From contig CM074808.1 of NCBI GenBank assembly GCA_037447605.1, positions 186,001 to 250,000 of the forward strand: a DNA stretch of 64,000 bases. The letters run 5' to 3'. Shown here piece after piece: positions 1-12,900 of this stretch (positions within the stretch are counted from its first letter, which is position 1; each line of letters begins with the position of its first letter). A program made the translations under genes and the position numbers. The notes below the pieces were generated by a model. It saw only the letters and a list, made by a program, of their open reading frames with translations, searched no databases and was not told the DNA's origin. Source of the stretch: Zygnema circumcarinatum SAG 698-1b. Its lineage: Eukaryota; Plantae; Zygnematophyceae.

Positions 1-69
1 ACACAGTTTCGGGTCCCAATATGAGGGTTTAGGATTTCAGTTTTAGGGTTTAGGGTTTTGGACGCGCAG

Positions 70-3000
70 GTGATTCTGAAGATGGTGAAGCACTGCAAGG
101 AGTGCATGCCGCAGCTCGTGACGGGCCTTCTGCTCGGCCTCGACATCGGGAGCACTCTGGAAGTCACCGCCAGCTTCCCCTTCCCGGTACTGACTGCTCA
201 ACACTGGGATTTTAGGGTTAGGTCTAGGGTTTAGGGTTTGGAAATGTCCGGGATTAGCAGGGTATTGACAGTTATTAGCAGACACATTATGTTAGAGAGA
301 TTTGTATAATCCTTAAACTCCTTAAAGCTTAATGCATTCGGAAACTCTGTAAACCCTTTTGCGTACGTGGAAACCTCAACCTCTAAAACCCTCAACGCAC
401 TTAATTCCCTGAAACCTAAACCTTAGACTCCTCAACCCTAGGATCGCTATTTGAACGCCCAAGAAAAAGGGAACTCCTGAATTTTTTGTTCTCCTGAAAA
501 CCTCCTAACCCTACAATACTCTACATCCCGAAAAGAAGCTTAGTGCAAGCTTGAACCCATTAGCAATGCTTAAACCCTAAACCTCTGAAACTCTAAAAAA
601 TGTGTGTGTGCCTGCGTGTGAGCACCAGAGCCGCGGAGGAGAGGAGGAGGAGGAGGAGGCGGATGGGGCCCTTTATCAATTGGAAATGATGCGCTGTCTG
701 CGGGAGGTCAACATTGACAACAACACCGTTGGCTGGTCCGTTCAGTTTCCGTTACCGTTACTGTTACTGTTACTGTTAAATTTGCCTCTTCCGTTGATGT
801 TTCTGTCCCTGTCATGGCTCCTGTATTAAGATTCTGTTTCTGCGTTGTCTGAACCTTTTCCGCATCTCGTGTTTCCGCGTGGAAGAAGTTGAAGAAAGCA
901 TTTACGGAGTGGGTTGGGGGTGCGGGGGGAGCAGGTATCAATCGACGTATATGGGCAGTTATCAAACACTGGACCTGATCGACACTTTCTTGAATTACCA
1001 GGTACAGGCAATGGACGAGCAAGAGGGTTAGGAGGGTAATGGGGGTTCGGGTTAGGAAAGCTTAGGGTGAAGTTAGGATTAGGGCTAGGACTAAAATTAG
1101 GGTTATGGTTAGGTTTAAGACTAGAAATATGGTTAGAGTTGGGATTAGGGCCAGGGTTAGGGTCAAAGTTTAGGGCTAGAGTTAGGTTTAAGCTTAGGGG
1201 TAAAACTAGGGTCAGGCTATGGGTTAGGGAGGGGTAAGGGCTCAATTAGAGTTAGGGTTACGGTTATGGTTAGCCTTAGAACTAGGTTAAGGAGTAGGTT
1301 TAGAGCTATGGTTAGCATTATTACCGCGTTTAAGGTTACCGCTGGTGCTAGGGTTAAGGGTAGGGTTAAGGTTAGGGTTGGGTAAGGTTTGAGTTAGGGT
1401 TAGGGTTAGGGTTAGGGTTAGGGTTAGGGTTAGGGTTAGGGTTANNNNNNNNNNGTTAGGGTTAGGGTTAGGGTTAGGGTTAGGGTTAGGGTTAGGGCTA
1501 GGGTTAGGGTTAGGGCTAGGGTTAGGGTTAGGGTTAAGTTTAGGGCTAGCGTTATGGTTAAGGTTAGGGTTCGGGTTAAGACTGGGTTAGGGTTTCCGAT
1601 TGTGCATTCGTGAAGCTGTGCAGGAGAACATCAAGCGGTGCGTGTGCATCATCTACGACCCCCTCCGGTCGGGGCAGGGCACGCTCGCGCTGAGGGCGCT
1701 GCGGCTCAAAGAGGGCTTCATGGAACACTACCGCGCGAACACCTTCGTCAGCGAACAGTGCGGGCCCGCTCTCCTTGGCACTCTCTATGTCTGGTTTCAG
1801 TTCTTGTTTCAGTTTCTGGTTTCCGTTTCTGACTCTGCTTCGGTTTTAGTTTCCGGTTTGGTTTCGGTTTGTTGTCCGATTTCGACGTTGTTTGCATTCC
1901 TGTTTGCGGGTATGTCTCTGTTCTGTTTGCGTGGGAACTCTGTTTGTGTCATTGGTTCCGTGCCAGTTTCAATTTCAGCTTTGGTTTCTGTGCTCGTTTG
2001 CGTAGGGTGGAGGAGGGAGAGAGTAGGGGACGAGGGAGAAGGAAAGAAGTCGGGGAGAGAGAGGAGCTTATATGTGGGTAGTCATAGGGAAGAGGAGCGG
2101 GAGAGAGAGGAGAGCAATGAAATGGACTGTGGGAGATAATTGGGGCGGGAGTGATTGAATGCGGGAGATCGTGGGAGAGGGAGTGAAGGGACGGAGGCGC
2201 CTGACAAGGAGAGAGTGGAGAGGGAGAGAGAAGGGAGAAAGATGGGTTGCTGACAGTCTGATGGACGGGTGAATCGGAGCTTTGCAGGCTGAGGGAGAAG
2301 AAGATCACCTGGAAGGAAATTTTTGAGGAGCTGCCGGTAAGAGAGGAGGAGAGAGAGACGGAGGGAAAGATAGGAATGGCAGGCGGGGATAGGAGAGGAT
2401 TGATGGAGGGAGGGTTTTGAATATAGGGAGATGGGTTTCGGTGGGGGGGAGGGGGGACTCAAGGGCTGCACAGAGAGATGGCAAGAGGAGCGATCAGAGT
2501 GGGAGGGATTGAAGTAGCCATAGATTTGTGATGAATTGGAAGACTATGGCAATTTGCAGGTGCGGGTTTCTAATTCACTGCTGGTCAGCACGCTTTTCAC
2601 AGAGCTGGAGACAGAGGCTGCAGCCACACAGGTGTGAAGTCCCTCTCTCTCCCTCTCTCGTCTCTCTATCTCTCTTTTCTCCCGTTTGCTCATTTCCTCC
2701 TCCCTTCATCTCTCTCTCGCGCTCCCTCTCACCACAACCCTTCTCCTATTCGTCCTTCTCTTATTCTCCCTCCCTCTCCTCTCACTATCTTTCGCTTTCC
2801 CTTGTTTCTCCCTCCCCTTGCCCTCGTCCTCCTCTCTTCGTTCCTTTCTCCTTCCCAAAACGACTTCACTTCCATTCTCCCTCCACTCATTCCTTTCTCT
2901 CTCTCTCGCCTCTCACTTCTAATCCTCTCTCTCTCTCTCTCTCACTTCCTCCCCCTCCCCCCCACCATTTGAGTGCAGGCGGATGTAGACCGGCTGAGTC

Positions 3001-3493
3001 TCTCTACCAACCCCTTTTTGGAAACGAGCATGGAGTTCCTCATCGAGTGCATGGACGATCTCAACATGGAGCAGCAGAAGGTGGGGTTCAGACTTTTGTT
3101 TAGGGTTTTAGGTTGTGTGGATCTTCATGGGTTCAAGAGTTTGATGGTTGTTCGGGTTTCGTTTAGGTCCTTAGAGTACAGAAGATGCAAGCTACTGTCT
3201 CTGAGGGTTAAGTTGTTTTCCAACCTCTGCCCGGAATGATTGTGACCAAAGGGAGACAGGTAGAATAGAGAGAACAAGAGAGATAGAGAGTGGGATGGAG
3301 AGAGTGGGCAGGGGGAGCGAGGGGGAAGACAAAGGGTGAGCGACGAAGGGAGAGCGGGAGGGGAAGAGAGAGGGGCAAGGAGAAAACCGTGAGAGACAGA
3401 GGGGAAAAGAGTGAGAGGGGAGAGAAGGGAGAGAGGAGACGACAAGAGAACGGGGAGCAAGATTGGGGGGGCAAGAGAGGGAGTGCGAGTGGG

Positions 3494-3538
<45 letters not shown>

Positions 3539-4696
3539 TAACCCCGCAGCCTGCCGGTTCTCTTGCAGTTCCAATACCATTCGCGGAGCGTTGCGCGGCA
3601 GCAGGCTCAGCAGTTGGCTTGGCAGCAGAAGCGGAGGTCCGAGCCTAAACCCCGACGGCCCTAACCTGAAAAGTTCATAAACCACTTAAGACTTCTCTCA
3701 AGAGAGAAATTCTCTCAAGAAATTCAGATGACCTCAAAAACGATACTGAAGCTGCAAGATCTCCTTTTATTTGCTCTCTCTCTGTCTCTCGGCCTCCCTC
3801 CCTCCCTCCCTCGCTCTTGGTATTTCTCCCCTCCTCTCCCTGTCCCTTACCCTCTCTTTCCCACTCCCTCCCTCCTTCTTCAAATCCTTCCAATCCTCTC
3901 TCTCCCTCCCTCAAACCCACCCTCCTTTTTTCCCTCTCCCTCCCTCAATCCCACCCTCCTTCCTTCCCTCTCCCTCCCTCCCTCAATTCCATCCTCCCTC
4001 CCTCTCTCGCTCCCCACCTTTGGTAGCAGAGCGGAAAATGCTGCCCGCCGCGCTGCGGGAGAGGAGCCCCTCCCTGATGAGGACCCCTCCAACCCCATTT
4101 TCAAGCCCCTCCCTGAACCCTCGCGCCTTGACTCCTACCTCGTCACCAACCAGATCGCCAACTACTGCTCTCAGATCAACGCGTGAGTAACCCTGAACCT
4201 TAATCCGCTCAGAAAAATAGATTGTTGGTAATGGCCCTGAAACGGCCTCAAAGGATCAATGAGATCAATGCACATCATTTTCCGGAAATGAGGATAGCAA
4301 TGGCACTCAAGCATGAGAGGTGAGTAAGTAGTAAAAGGTAATAAAAATGAAAAGGAACAGGAGAAGCCATAGATTACACGTAAAGAAAGCTGCAAAGTTG
4401 TCCAAAAAAAAGAATCCACAAAGACTCGCTTGTTGGACTCCCGCCATTCCTCCCTGCCTGCCTGCCCTCCTCCCTCTTGTTCCTCTTTTTCTTTTGTCCC
4501 TCCCTCCTTCCCTCTTTCCTGTCCTCTTCCTTCCCATTCTTCCCAGTCCTTTCCCTTCCTCCCTCTCTCCCTCCCTCCCTCTTCCTAATCTCTGGATGCA
4601 CTTTCACGTCACATTGTGTGCTGCAGATTTGCGGGGCCGAGCATGGGGAAATTGTACTTAATGGACGCGCTCCATGAGGACCAATCCAAGCACTAG
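70..4696 (+). CDS. eIF3h: Eukaryotic translation initiation factor 3 subunit H (MPN domain); 5' end lies upstream of the window
   Basis: Phase-compatible GT-AG exons 70-186, 629-735, 935-1001, 1624-1757, 2288-2336, 2560-2631, 2979-3080, 3569-3636, 4030-4182, 4627-4696(TAG). They give [91 protein letters not shown], all typical of plant eIF3h. Confidence 0.95.
1026..1595 (+). repeat. Interstitial telomere-like (TTAGGG)n array in eIF3h intron 3, containing a 10-N gap (1445-1454)
   Basis: Near-perfect GGGTTA run at ~1375-1540 with degenerate hexamer flanks. Confidence 0.95.
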
Positions 4697-5435
4697 TTTT
4701 CTGTTCAGTTCAAACCAATTCCGTTCACGTCTGTTGGTTGTAACAGTTTTGAAATCTATTCAAAATAATGATATTTCTCGCCCTCAATTAGCTGTCTGTC
4801 ATCGAAGTTCTGAATCCTTCAACCACTTCTTTGAATATAAGCCCTCGAAATCATTTGTGTCCACGTTTTTGTCCTTTTTCATTAACTTTAAGTCTCATCT
4901 TTTCATTTTGCGCCCCCTTCTAAATCTACTCTGCCTCTTGTCCCAACTATTCCACGTTTCCTTTCTCAGTCTCGTCTCTCTTACTATCAGGCAAAATGTC
5001 GCGTCGCAAAACATCACAGAAGGTGGAAATGCCTTATTTTGAGTTTGTTTGTTCGATTATCTATGAGCCGCACCCAGCTACAATACTGCGCTTGCAATGG
5101 GGCCAAAACACTCCCTTATGTGAGGTAAGTACAGGAGGGCAAGTGGGCGGAAGTAAGGTTGTGGTGAACATGGGCAGTTCTACCATAGCTGCCGCGAGCG
5201 ACGTGACTTAAATATGGCAGTGTGAAAGATGCAACAGCGATTCCTTTCTTCTCACACTTTCGTTAAAACAAGCCTAGAAAATGAAAAAGAAACGCTCCAT
5301 TACTGGGAAGGCATTCACATAGTGGAGAGACCGTTATTCAACAAGAAGGCGTCCGGCTGCTCGTAATTTTTTTTTCGTTTTTATTTTTCAATATTGTTCC
5401 TCCTCCCCCCCCCTTTTCCCCTCCAGGTCAAAACG

Positions 5436-6470
5436 TCATAGGGCACGCTCCACCATTTCCGCACCCAACTGCAACAGAAAAAAATAACATGAGCAAAACA
5501 CACACACGCACACTGGCACAATCTAACCACTCTCGCTCGCTCTCTCCCTTCCCCCCCTCTTTTCCCTCTTCCTCTCTCTCACAGTCCACGGAAAACCCTT
5601 TCTCTCTTTCACCCCCATTTACGTCCCTCCCTCTCCCTCACCCTCTATGTGCGCCTCCCTTCCTCTCCACCCCCTCCCCCCTCCTTCCCTCACTCAATGC
5701 CACCCTCTCTCTACCTCCCCCACCCACCCCCCCCCCGATTACGAACATATGCTTCACCTGGTGGCTCTCCAATGACGCCCGAAAAAATGCACCGATTTTT
5801 GCAGCCGCCATTTTCCCTCTCGTCACACAAGTCAAAAAATCATCCACTGTAACAAAAACCCAAGTCACAATTTGTTAATTCCTAGTTAGAAAAAAAAACG
5901 TATTTGGGAGTGTTGTCGTTTTGTCCTTTCTTTGCATGTCTGATTGTCTTTTACTTGCATTGTTCAGGTTTCAGCAAGCTCGAGGGGTTATGAACCCTAA
6001 AAATTCGAGAACCCAAAGTCGATAGAAAAGCCCTGGAAAGGTGCTCACCTGACAGGGGCCCCCTCGTGACAGATGTCACGAGACCCTCCTCCTCCCTCTC
6101 CTCTCCCTCCTCTCTCTCTCCCTCCACTCGAACCGACAGAGGCGGACTTGGGAAGACCAACATTGCAGTTGCTTGGGACGTCTGGCAAACCCACTCCAGA
6201 GAGAGATATTGGGGGGGTGAAGAGAGAGAGAGAGAGAGAGAGAAAGGGAAGAAGAGAAGAGAAGGGAGAAGGGAGGAGTGGAGAGAGAGGGGAGGGGAGG
6301 AATGGGGATGAGACCCGTGGCGGATTACATAAAAAAAGAGAAGGAAGAAAATGGTCCAATCAGTAGGAAAAGGGAAGGAAAAGCAGAAGGGCCAGAGAAT
6401 CTCAGATCTCTATCTCACTCTCGCTCTTTCCCCAACCCCTCCACCTCTCCCTCACCTTTCCACACCACTA

Positions 6471-6532
<62 letters not shown>

Positions 6533-7220
6533 TCTGGTTTTTACCTTCTCCTCATCCCGTGTGGGGTCCATGAGGATGCTCCCTGCTGACGTCACCGCAC
6601 AGCTCAGCGACCCTGCCCCCCATGTGCCCCGTTTCAGTATGCGAAAGCTCGTTCCGTACAACATAGCGGAACGGAGTAGCGTGGAACGGAACGGACAGAC
6701 ATAGAACTTCACAGCCCTATGCTGCACGATCTGAAACATTGGGAAGCTGATGCTGATGACTGCAGTTCACAAAGTTTTCGGGTTTACAAGTTTTAAGCCT
6801 TGTCGGGTTTTAGGGTTCAGAAGTAAAAGAATTATTGTGTTTACATTGCAGGTTTTTTAAGGTTAAAAATGTTTGGGTTCGATTTGTTATTCCTAAGATT
6901 TGGGTTTTCGGGTTACTCACACAACAGTCCTCTCATAGGGATCCCGGCGTCCACCATAGCGGCACATCCGGCATTAACGGCACATGCGAGCAGCTGACCT
7001 CAAATTTTACCAAATTCGACGAATGTGAAGTTAAGGAGGAAGCGGGGAAAGGAATGCAAAACGCTAAAAGTTCCGCGGGACGGAACCGGATCAGCATGGA
7101 ACAGCTGCTTACGAGCTATTGGAAGGCGGCAATGTGACTGAAGCAAATAGAATGCAAACTTGGAAAAAACATAAATGGTGGCACGTGTGGGAGGCGGCAG
7201 GCATCGGCAGGCGGCGGTGG

Positions 7221-7275
<55 letters not shown>

Positions 7276-8829
7276 AGAGAGAGAGAGAGAGAGCAGAGAG
7301 AGAGAGAGAGAGAGAGAGAGAGCAGAGAGAGAGAGAGAGTAGGAGAGAGAGAGAGAGACAGAGAGAGAGAGAGGCAGTACGAGGGAGGGATACACTGCCG
7401 TCGTCGTGAACCACCTGCCCTTCCCCCCAAACAAAGGAGAACTCGACTGATTTCAAGATTCATAGTGAGCAGAAAGTTTGGACTTCCTGCCACACACACA
7501 GTCTCTCCCCCTTTACTCTCCCTCCTCTTCGCCCTTCTCTCCGCGGCCTCCCGCCCCACTCTCTCCCCCTCCCTTTCCGCCCTTCTTCACTGGCCCCCGT
7601 GCTCTCCTCCCCCGCTCTTTCCTACAATTTGCTTAATGAATGATTCATGATTTATGTCCCTCCTCCCCCCCTCCCGTCTCCCCTAGCCCCACTCCACCCA
7701 GCCTCCTCCTCGTCCCATTTCCCCCATGCCCCTCCCTCCCCCTCCTCCCTTCCCCCCTCTCCCTCTCCCTCGCCTTCCTCCCTCTCCCCTTCCCTCCCCC
7801 CCTCTCCCTTTCCCTCGCCTTCCACCCTCTTCCCTCCCTCCCCCCCTCTCCCCCTCCCTACCCCCCTCTCCCTCTCCCTCGCCTTCCTCCCTCTCCCCCT
7901 CCCTTCCCCCCTCTCCCTCTCCCTTGCCTTCCTCCCTCTCACCCCCCCTTCCCCCCTCTCCCTCTCTCACCTTCCTCCCTCTTCCCCTCCTTACCCCCCT
8001 CTCCCTCTCCCTCAGCTTCCTCCCTCTCCAACTCCCTCCCCCGCCCCCCCCCCACCTGCAGGATGAGAGTGATAGCCGTGCGCGGGTGCAGTGTGAGGAG
8101 GATCACTTTCTCCAAAGTCCTCCGCAGGACGCGCTCCGCCTCTCTCTCCCAGCTGCCTGACAATCAACACAAATTTTAGGGTTTGCAGGTTTTCCTCACT
8201 TCTTCGTGGTATTAACCCTAAACTTTACCCGTGCTTCATTTGATTTTCAATTCGACTTATCTCTGCAGGCGCTATCTTCGCTTCTCAAGGCTCCCTAAAA
8301 TTCTAAGGGTTAGGGTTATGGTTTGGAGAAGCAAACGAAGCCACGTGGCAGCACCTGGTTGGCCCGTTTTGGGTTTCCAGATGACCTCCAAAGTGGCCTC
8401 CTGCGCGTTCTCTCGCCTCCCTCCCGCCGCCCGCGGACCGTACACTCCCGCCAGCACCATGCTGCCATCTGTACCCCCCCTAAGATTTAGGGTTTAGGGT
8501 TTAGGGTTCAAGGTTTAGGGTTAGAGTTTAGGGTTTAGGGTTTAAGGTTTCGGATTTAGGGTTAGAGTTTAGGGTTTAAGGTTTAGGATTTAGGGTTTAG
8601 GGTTTAGAGTTTAGGGTTAGACTTTAGGGTTCAAGGTTTAGGGTTTAAAGTTTAGAGTTGAGGGATTAGGGTTTAGGGTTTTGGTTTAGGTTTTAGGGTT
8701 TAAGGCTGGGTTCAGACGCGCCCTACCCTGCTGCCACTTGGCGGACCCGTCGGCACGGCTGAGGAGGCCACGTGTACACCCGGGCGGGCGCAGCTGGCCG
8801 GCCGTACGGCCGTCTGTCCTCTTCTCCAT
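5436..8829 (-). CDS. RRP46: Exosome complex RNase PH-fold subunit Rrp46 (EXOSC5)
   Basis: Exons 8829-8727, 8468-8355, 8156-8056, 7414-7394, 6993-6921, 6612-6545, 6181-6049, 5846-5758, 5468-5436(TGA). Protein: [90 protein letters not shown]. The last exon is less certain. Confidence 0.92.
7221..7375 (+). repeat. (GGCA)n followed by (GA)n compound microsatellite, RRP46 intron
   Basis: Direct reading of the sequence. Confidence 0.95.
8484..8703 (+). repeat. Degenerate (TTTAGGG)n array in RRP46 intron 1
   Basis: About 30 heptamers such as tttaggg, tttaagg, tttagag, ttcaagg. Confidence 0.9.
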
Positions 8830-9990
8830 TACTGCGCGCTTGGCTGAAATCCCCTAATTGTAAATCCTAAATTCTATTCTTTTTTATTTATTTTTCTTTC
8901 TTAACCCCTAAAACAGAACAAAACAATCTTGAAAAAAATCTGCTGAATTTTTTTGGGCGAAAACTATTTTTCAATTTTGCTCCGGCCAGGCTTTTTTTTG
9001 ATGGAGAAACCCTGTTTTCACGAGGATGATGTCAGCAAAAACACTGCAGCCAATTAGAAACCACCGACCAAATACAACGACGATAGGGTAGTTTCAAAGG
9101 CCGACGCAGTTTGTCGTTTGGGTATCGCACGCAAATATCGCCATATTGGCCGTATCGCCTCTGACCGACAAAACTGGCCGGTGCCGCCCAGGCCCCCAAA
9201 AACCAATACCGTACGGTGGCCGCAAGACCGTACGGCCGCCGGCCGCCGGAACTGCCGGCTGCAATCGAGTTTGCCGGCGCCGGCACATTTTGTCGTTCAT
9301 AGGCTCCTAGCCAACAAAAAGGTGCCGTAAACGACAAGTGGCCGCCCTGTGCACATGATCAGTGGCTCCTGATTGGTTGACAACTTTGCTAACGCCGACA
9401 CCAACGACAAATTACTAAAGACACACGAGACTTTACCAGTGTGAACGAGATTTGACCGACCTACGATTATAATCTATGACCGACCTATTAAGCCTAGTCG
9501 CATAGGGCCTCCCCATTGCGACCTACGGCATAGTCTAGCATCTACCAATGAAGATTCGCCACATATGCAAAACAGAGTGACACGCGACGACATGAAATCG
9601 CACGATGCTCGACTACAGTTCGCAACCCAGGAAGGTACGATTCAAAATAGCTGACGTGGCACTTTGTCGGAAGCCGCTCGTGGAAGGAATATCCGCATCG
9701 GCCTTTTCTGTAACAGCGCGGGGCGTGACAGATGTCACACTGCCCGGGAGGGTGGCGTGACATGTGTCGCAGAGGGCGGACCGCGCGGAGCATATTCTGA
9801 TTGCTGGGCGAGGGGGCCGCCACGAGGAGGGGGGCAGGCGGGGCTCAAAGGGGGAAGGCGGGGAGAGTAAAGGAGAGAGAGATAGAGAGAGAGGGAGAAC
9901 GAGAGAGTGATTGGAGAGTGGCGGAGAGGAAGAGAGGGAGAGAGAGGGAGAGAGAGGGGGAGAGAGGGGAGGCAGGAGAGCGGAGGCAGA

Positions 9991-12900
9991 ATGGCTCGAG
10001 CCATGGCGGCCGCCGTCCTCGTGGCGCTGTTGGCCGCGGCCGTCGTCCCCACGGCGATGGGCGGCGCGTCGCTGACGATCCGCAAGAATGTTCAGCGCAC
10101 CACGGGGCAGAGCTTCATGGTGCGCGCACCTGCCGGGGCGGACGTGGCAGGGGATGACTTGGCACAAATATGCATGACATGGCGTGAAATTGTGCTGCAT
10201 TTATAGCGTGTGGGGAACGTTTTGACGCTTTAGATGGCAGTGCACGAGCCCAAAGGTTATCAGCCAATGGGAAGTGACGAGGGCGGAGTCGGGTGCGGCT
10301 GCTGCAGGTGGAGGTGGCCAACACGGAGGCGGCGCGGGGCGACATCATTGGCGTGTACCAGCAGTTCAGCGCCGCCGCCACGGTGGCGGAGACTCTGTCG
10401 GGGCAGACGGTCATCAAATACGTCTTCCCCGCCGCTCTTGACGCAGCCTATCTCACTAATAAGACCACCATTGTCAGGTGAGGGAGGGAGGGAGGGAGGG
10501 AGGGAGAGAGGGAGAGAGAGGGAGAGAGAGGGAGAGAGGGAGAGAGAGGGAGAGAGGGAGGGAGAGGGAGGGAGAGAGGAGGGAGGGAGGGAGAGAGGGA
10601 GAGGGAGGGAGGAGGGAGGGAGGGAGGGAGGAGGGAGGGAGGGAGGGAGGGAGGGAGGGAGGGAGAGGGAGAGAGGGAGAGAGAGGGAGAGAGAGGGAGA
10701 GAGGGAGGGAGGGAGGGAGGGAGGGAGGGAGGGAGGGAGGGAGGGAGGGAGGGAGGGAGGGAGGTGCGAGCACATTAACGTTGAAGGCCTAGCCTATTAG
10801 CACCTTTTTACTCTTATTGCTTGCTCACAGTGCGTGCCCCCCTCTCCCTGTGCCATCATCAGGTTGTACCTGCCCAATTTCCGCACCGACATTTTGGTCG
10901 TCCTCTTCAAAGCGGCGACCATCGGAGGGCGCTACGGCGGCTTCATGCTCGCGCAGTTGGCGGCCGCCAGCGCGACGATCGTGAACAGGGCGCCCAACGA
11001 ACTGGCGCAGGGCCACATCGGGTACACGGGGGTCAACGACACGCACGCGTAAGCACGCACGCGCACATGGAAGCCCTCGCTGGCTGTTCAGTTCAGATCT
11101 CAGCTCAGCTTGTGCTTGGTGCCGCTTTTGGTTCATGGGTCCGTGGTGGCATTGATTCGGGGGGTTACGGCGTCATGGGGTCATGGCTTCATGGGGTCGT
11201 GGGTCCATGGTGGCATGTCTTCATGGGGTCATCGGTTCATGGGGTCATAGGCCCATAATGTCATGTACAACATCTGACCATGCCCATGCATGCATCCATG
11301 CATGTCATCCATCCATGCATGCATCCATGCAGAAGCTACATCGTGCAGTGGACCACGCGTGACGCGCTGTCCCCGACCGTCCGTTGGGGGTACTCTCGCG
11401 GCGGCCTCGAGGCGGTCGCGGGCGAGTCCATGACGTACACGCGCGCGGAGATGTGCGGCGCGACCGCGAACGGGACCGGCTGGCGCGACCCGGGGACGCT
11501 CAACTTCGCCAAGTTCGCGGCCAAGCTGGGCCGCGCGGTCTACTACCAGTACGGATCGGGGGTAAGGGCTCAGGGTTCAGGGCTCAGGGTAGTGTACTGT
11601 AGTGGGTTTCGGGTTCAAAAAGTACGGTCGAAGGGTTCAGGGTGGGTGGGTCTGGGCATGGGCTTGCATGCGCCGGCGGTGTCACGGTCACGATTATATT
11701 CACGGTCACGTCACGGTCACGATCACGGTCACGGTCACGGTCACGCGGCAGACGGGCAGAGTGCCACGGTGCAATACGAGACCGAGGGTTTCGGGTTTAG
11801 GGTTTAGGGTTTAGGGTTTATGACACAGTTTTAGAACGTAATGAAAAGTGATATTTCTCTTGTAGCTGACGGTGTTTCGCTTGTCGCTATTGTGTCCACA
11901 GAACAAATTCAGCTCCATTTACAGAGTGTTTGCTCCGCCATCATCTACGAAGTCGGACGCTCAGGTGAACATTTTGTGGATCGCCGACTACGGAAATGTG
12001 AACCCTGACAAGTTCGACCAACCGGGAGACGGTTCCGCCTCTCTCGTATACAGAACTCCTCCTTCACCCGGTGAGGGAATTAGGGTTCTGGACCTTTTTC
12101 TGTTTCTTTCCCTCCTCTCTCCATCACCCCCCGAAAATCCACCTTTCTTCTACCACTCTTGAGACTCCTTCCCAAACTGCTCCCTCCGTCTTTCCTATCC
12201 CCTTCACCCTTCTCCCACCTTAACCTGTCTGCCTTCCTCCTCCCTCCTGTTCCCTCTCTCGTCTTCTCCCTCGCCCACCACTCCTTCCTCCCATCCATCA
12301 GTCTCCCCCTCACCTCCCACTTTCATCCCGCACCGTCTCTCTCCGCTTTCCTCCCCCCCTTTCCCCCTTTTCCCCATTCCCTCTCCCTTTCTCACCCCCC
12401 CTCCTTCTGTCTCTCCCTCGCCTCACAGGGAACGTTGCCGACCCCTCCAACTTCAACCGCTGGATAGAGCAGGACATCAATGTGATCGTCTCCGGCGCCA
12501 CTGAGCAGGGAGCCTCCGGCCTCACTGCTACCACCCTCTACCGCGAAATTACTCGCAAGAACCCTCCTCCCTACCATGCCTTCTTCATCAGCGGAGACAT
12601 CTCCTACGCCAGGTAAGGAGTGAACTCCACATTCAGGGTTTAGGTGGTCACTCGTCTCCCTCTTTCACGTTCCTATCCCTCCCTTTTCTTATCACTCTAA
12701 CTCTCCTCCTTCCCACTCTCTCCTACACTTCCCCTCGCTCCCTCCAGGGGCTATCTCGCCCAGTGGGAGCAGTTCTGGGCCCAAACTTCGAGCATTGCCA
12801 AGCGTGTCCCTATCTTGGTGGGATTGGGAAACCACGAGCGCAACACGCCGTACACGAGCGACCGCTTTGATGCCTTCCCCTCTCTGGATCTGGACGGAGG

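Noticed and set aside
1375-1540. TTAGGG array with an N gap read as a true telomere or scaffold join
   Set aside because: eIF3h exons on both sides splice in phase into one continuous protein, so the array is intronic.
2528-8179. Many SL-, ER-, PS- and GR-rich ORFs of 60-190 aa, here and throughout the window
   Set aside because: Translations of (CT)n/(GA)n/(CCT)n intronic microsatellites with no family motifs.
9031-9420. Possible MITE in the RRP46/PAP promoter
   Set aside because: Inverted similarity at the ends is short and weak; better explained by repeated ACGACAA and CCGTAC motifs.
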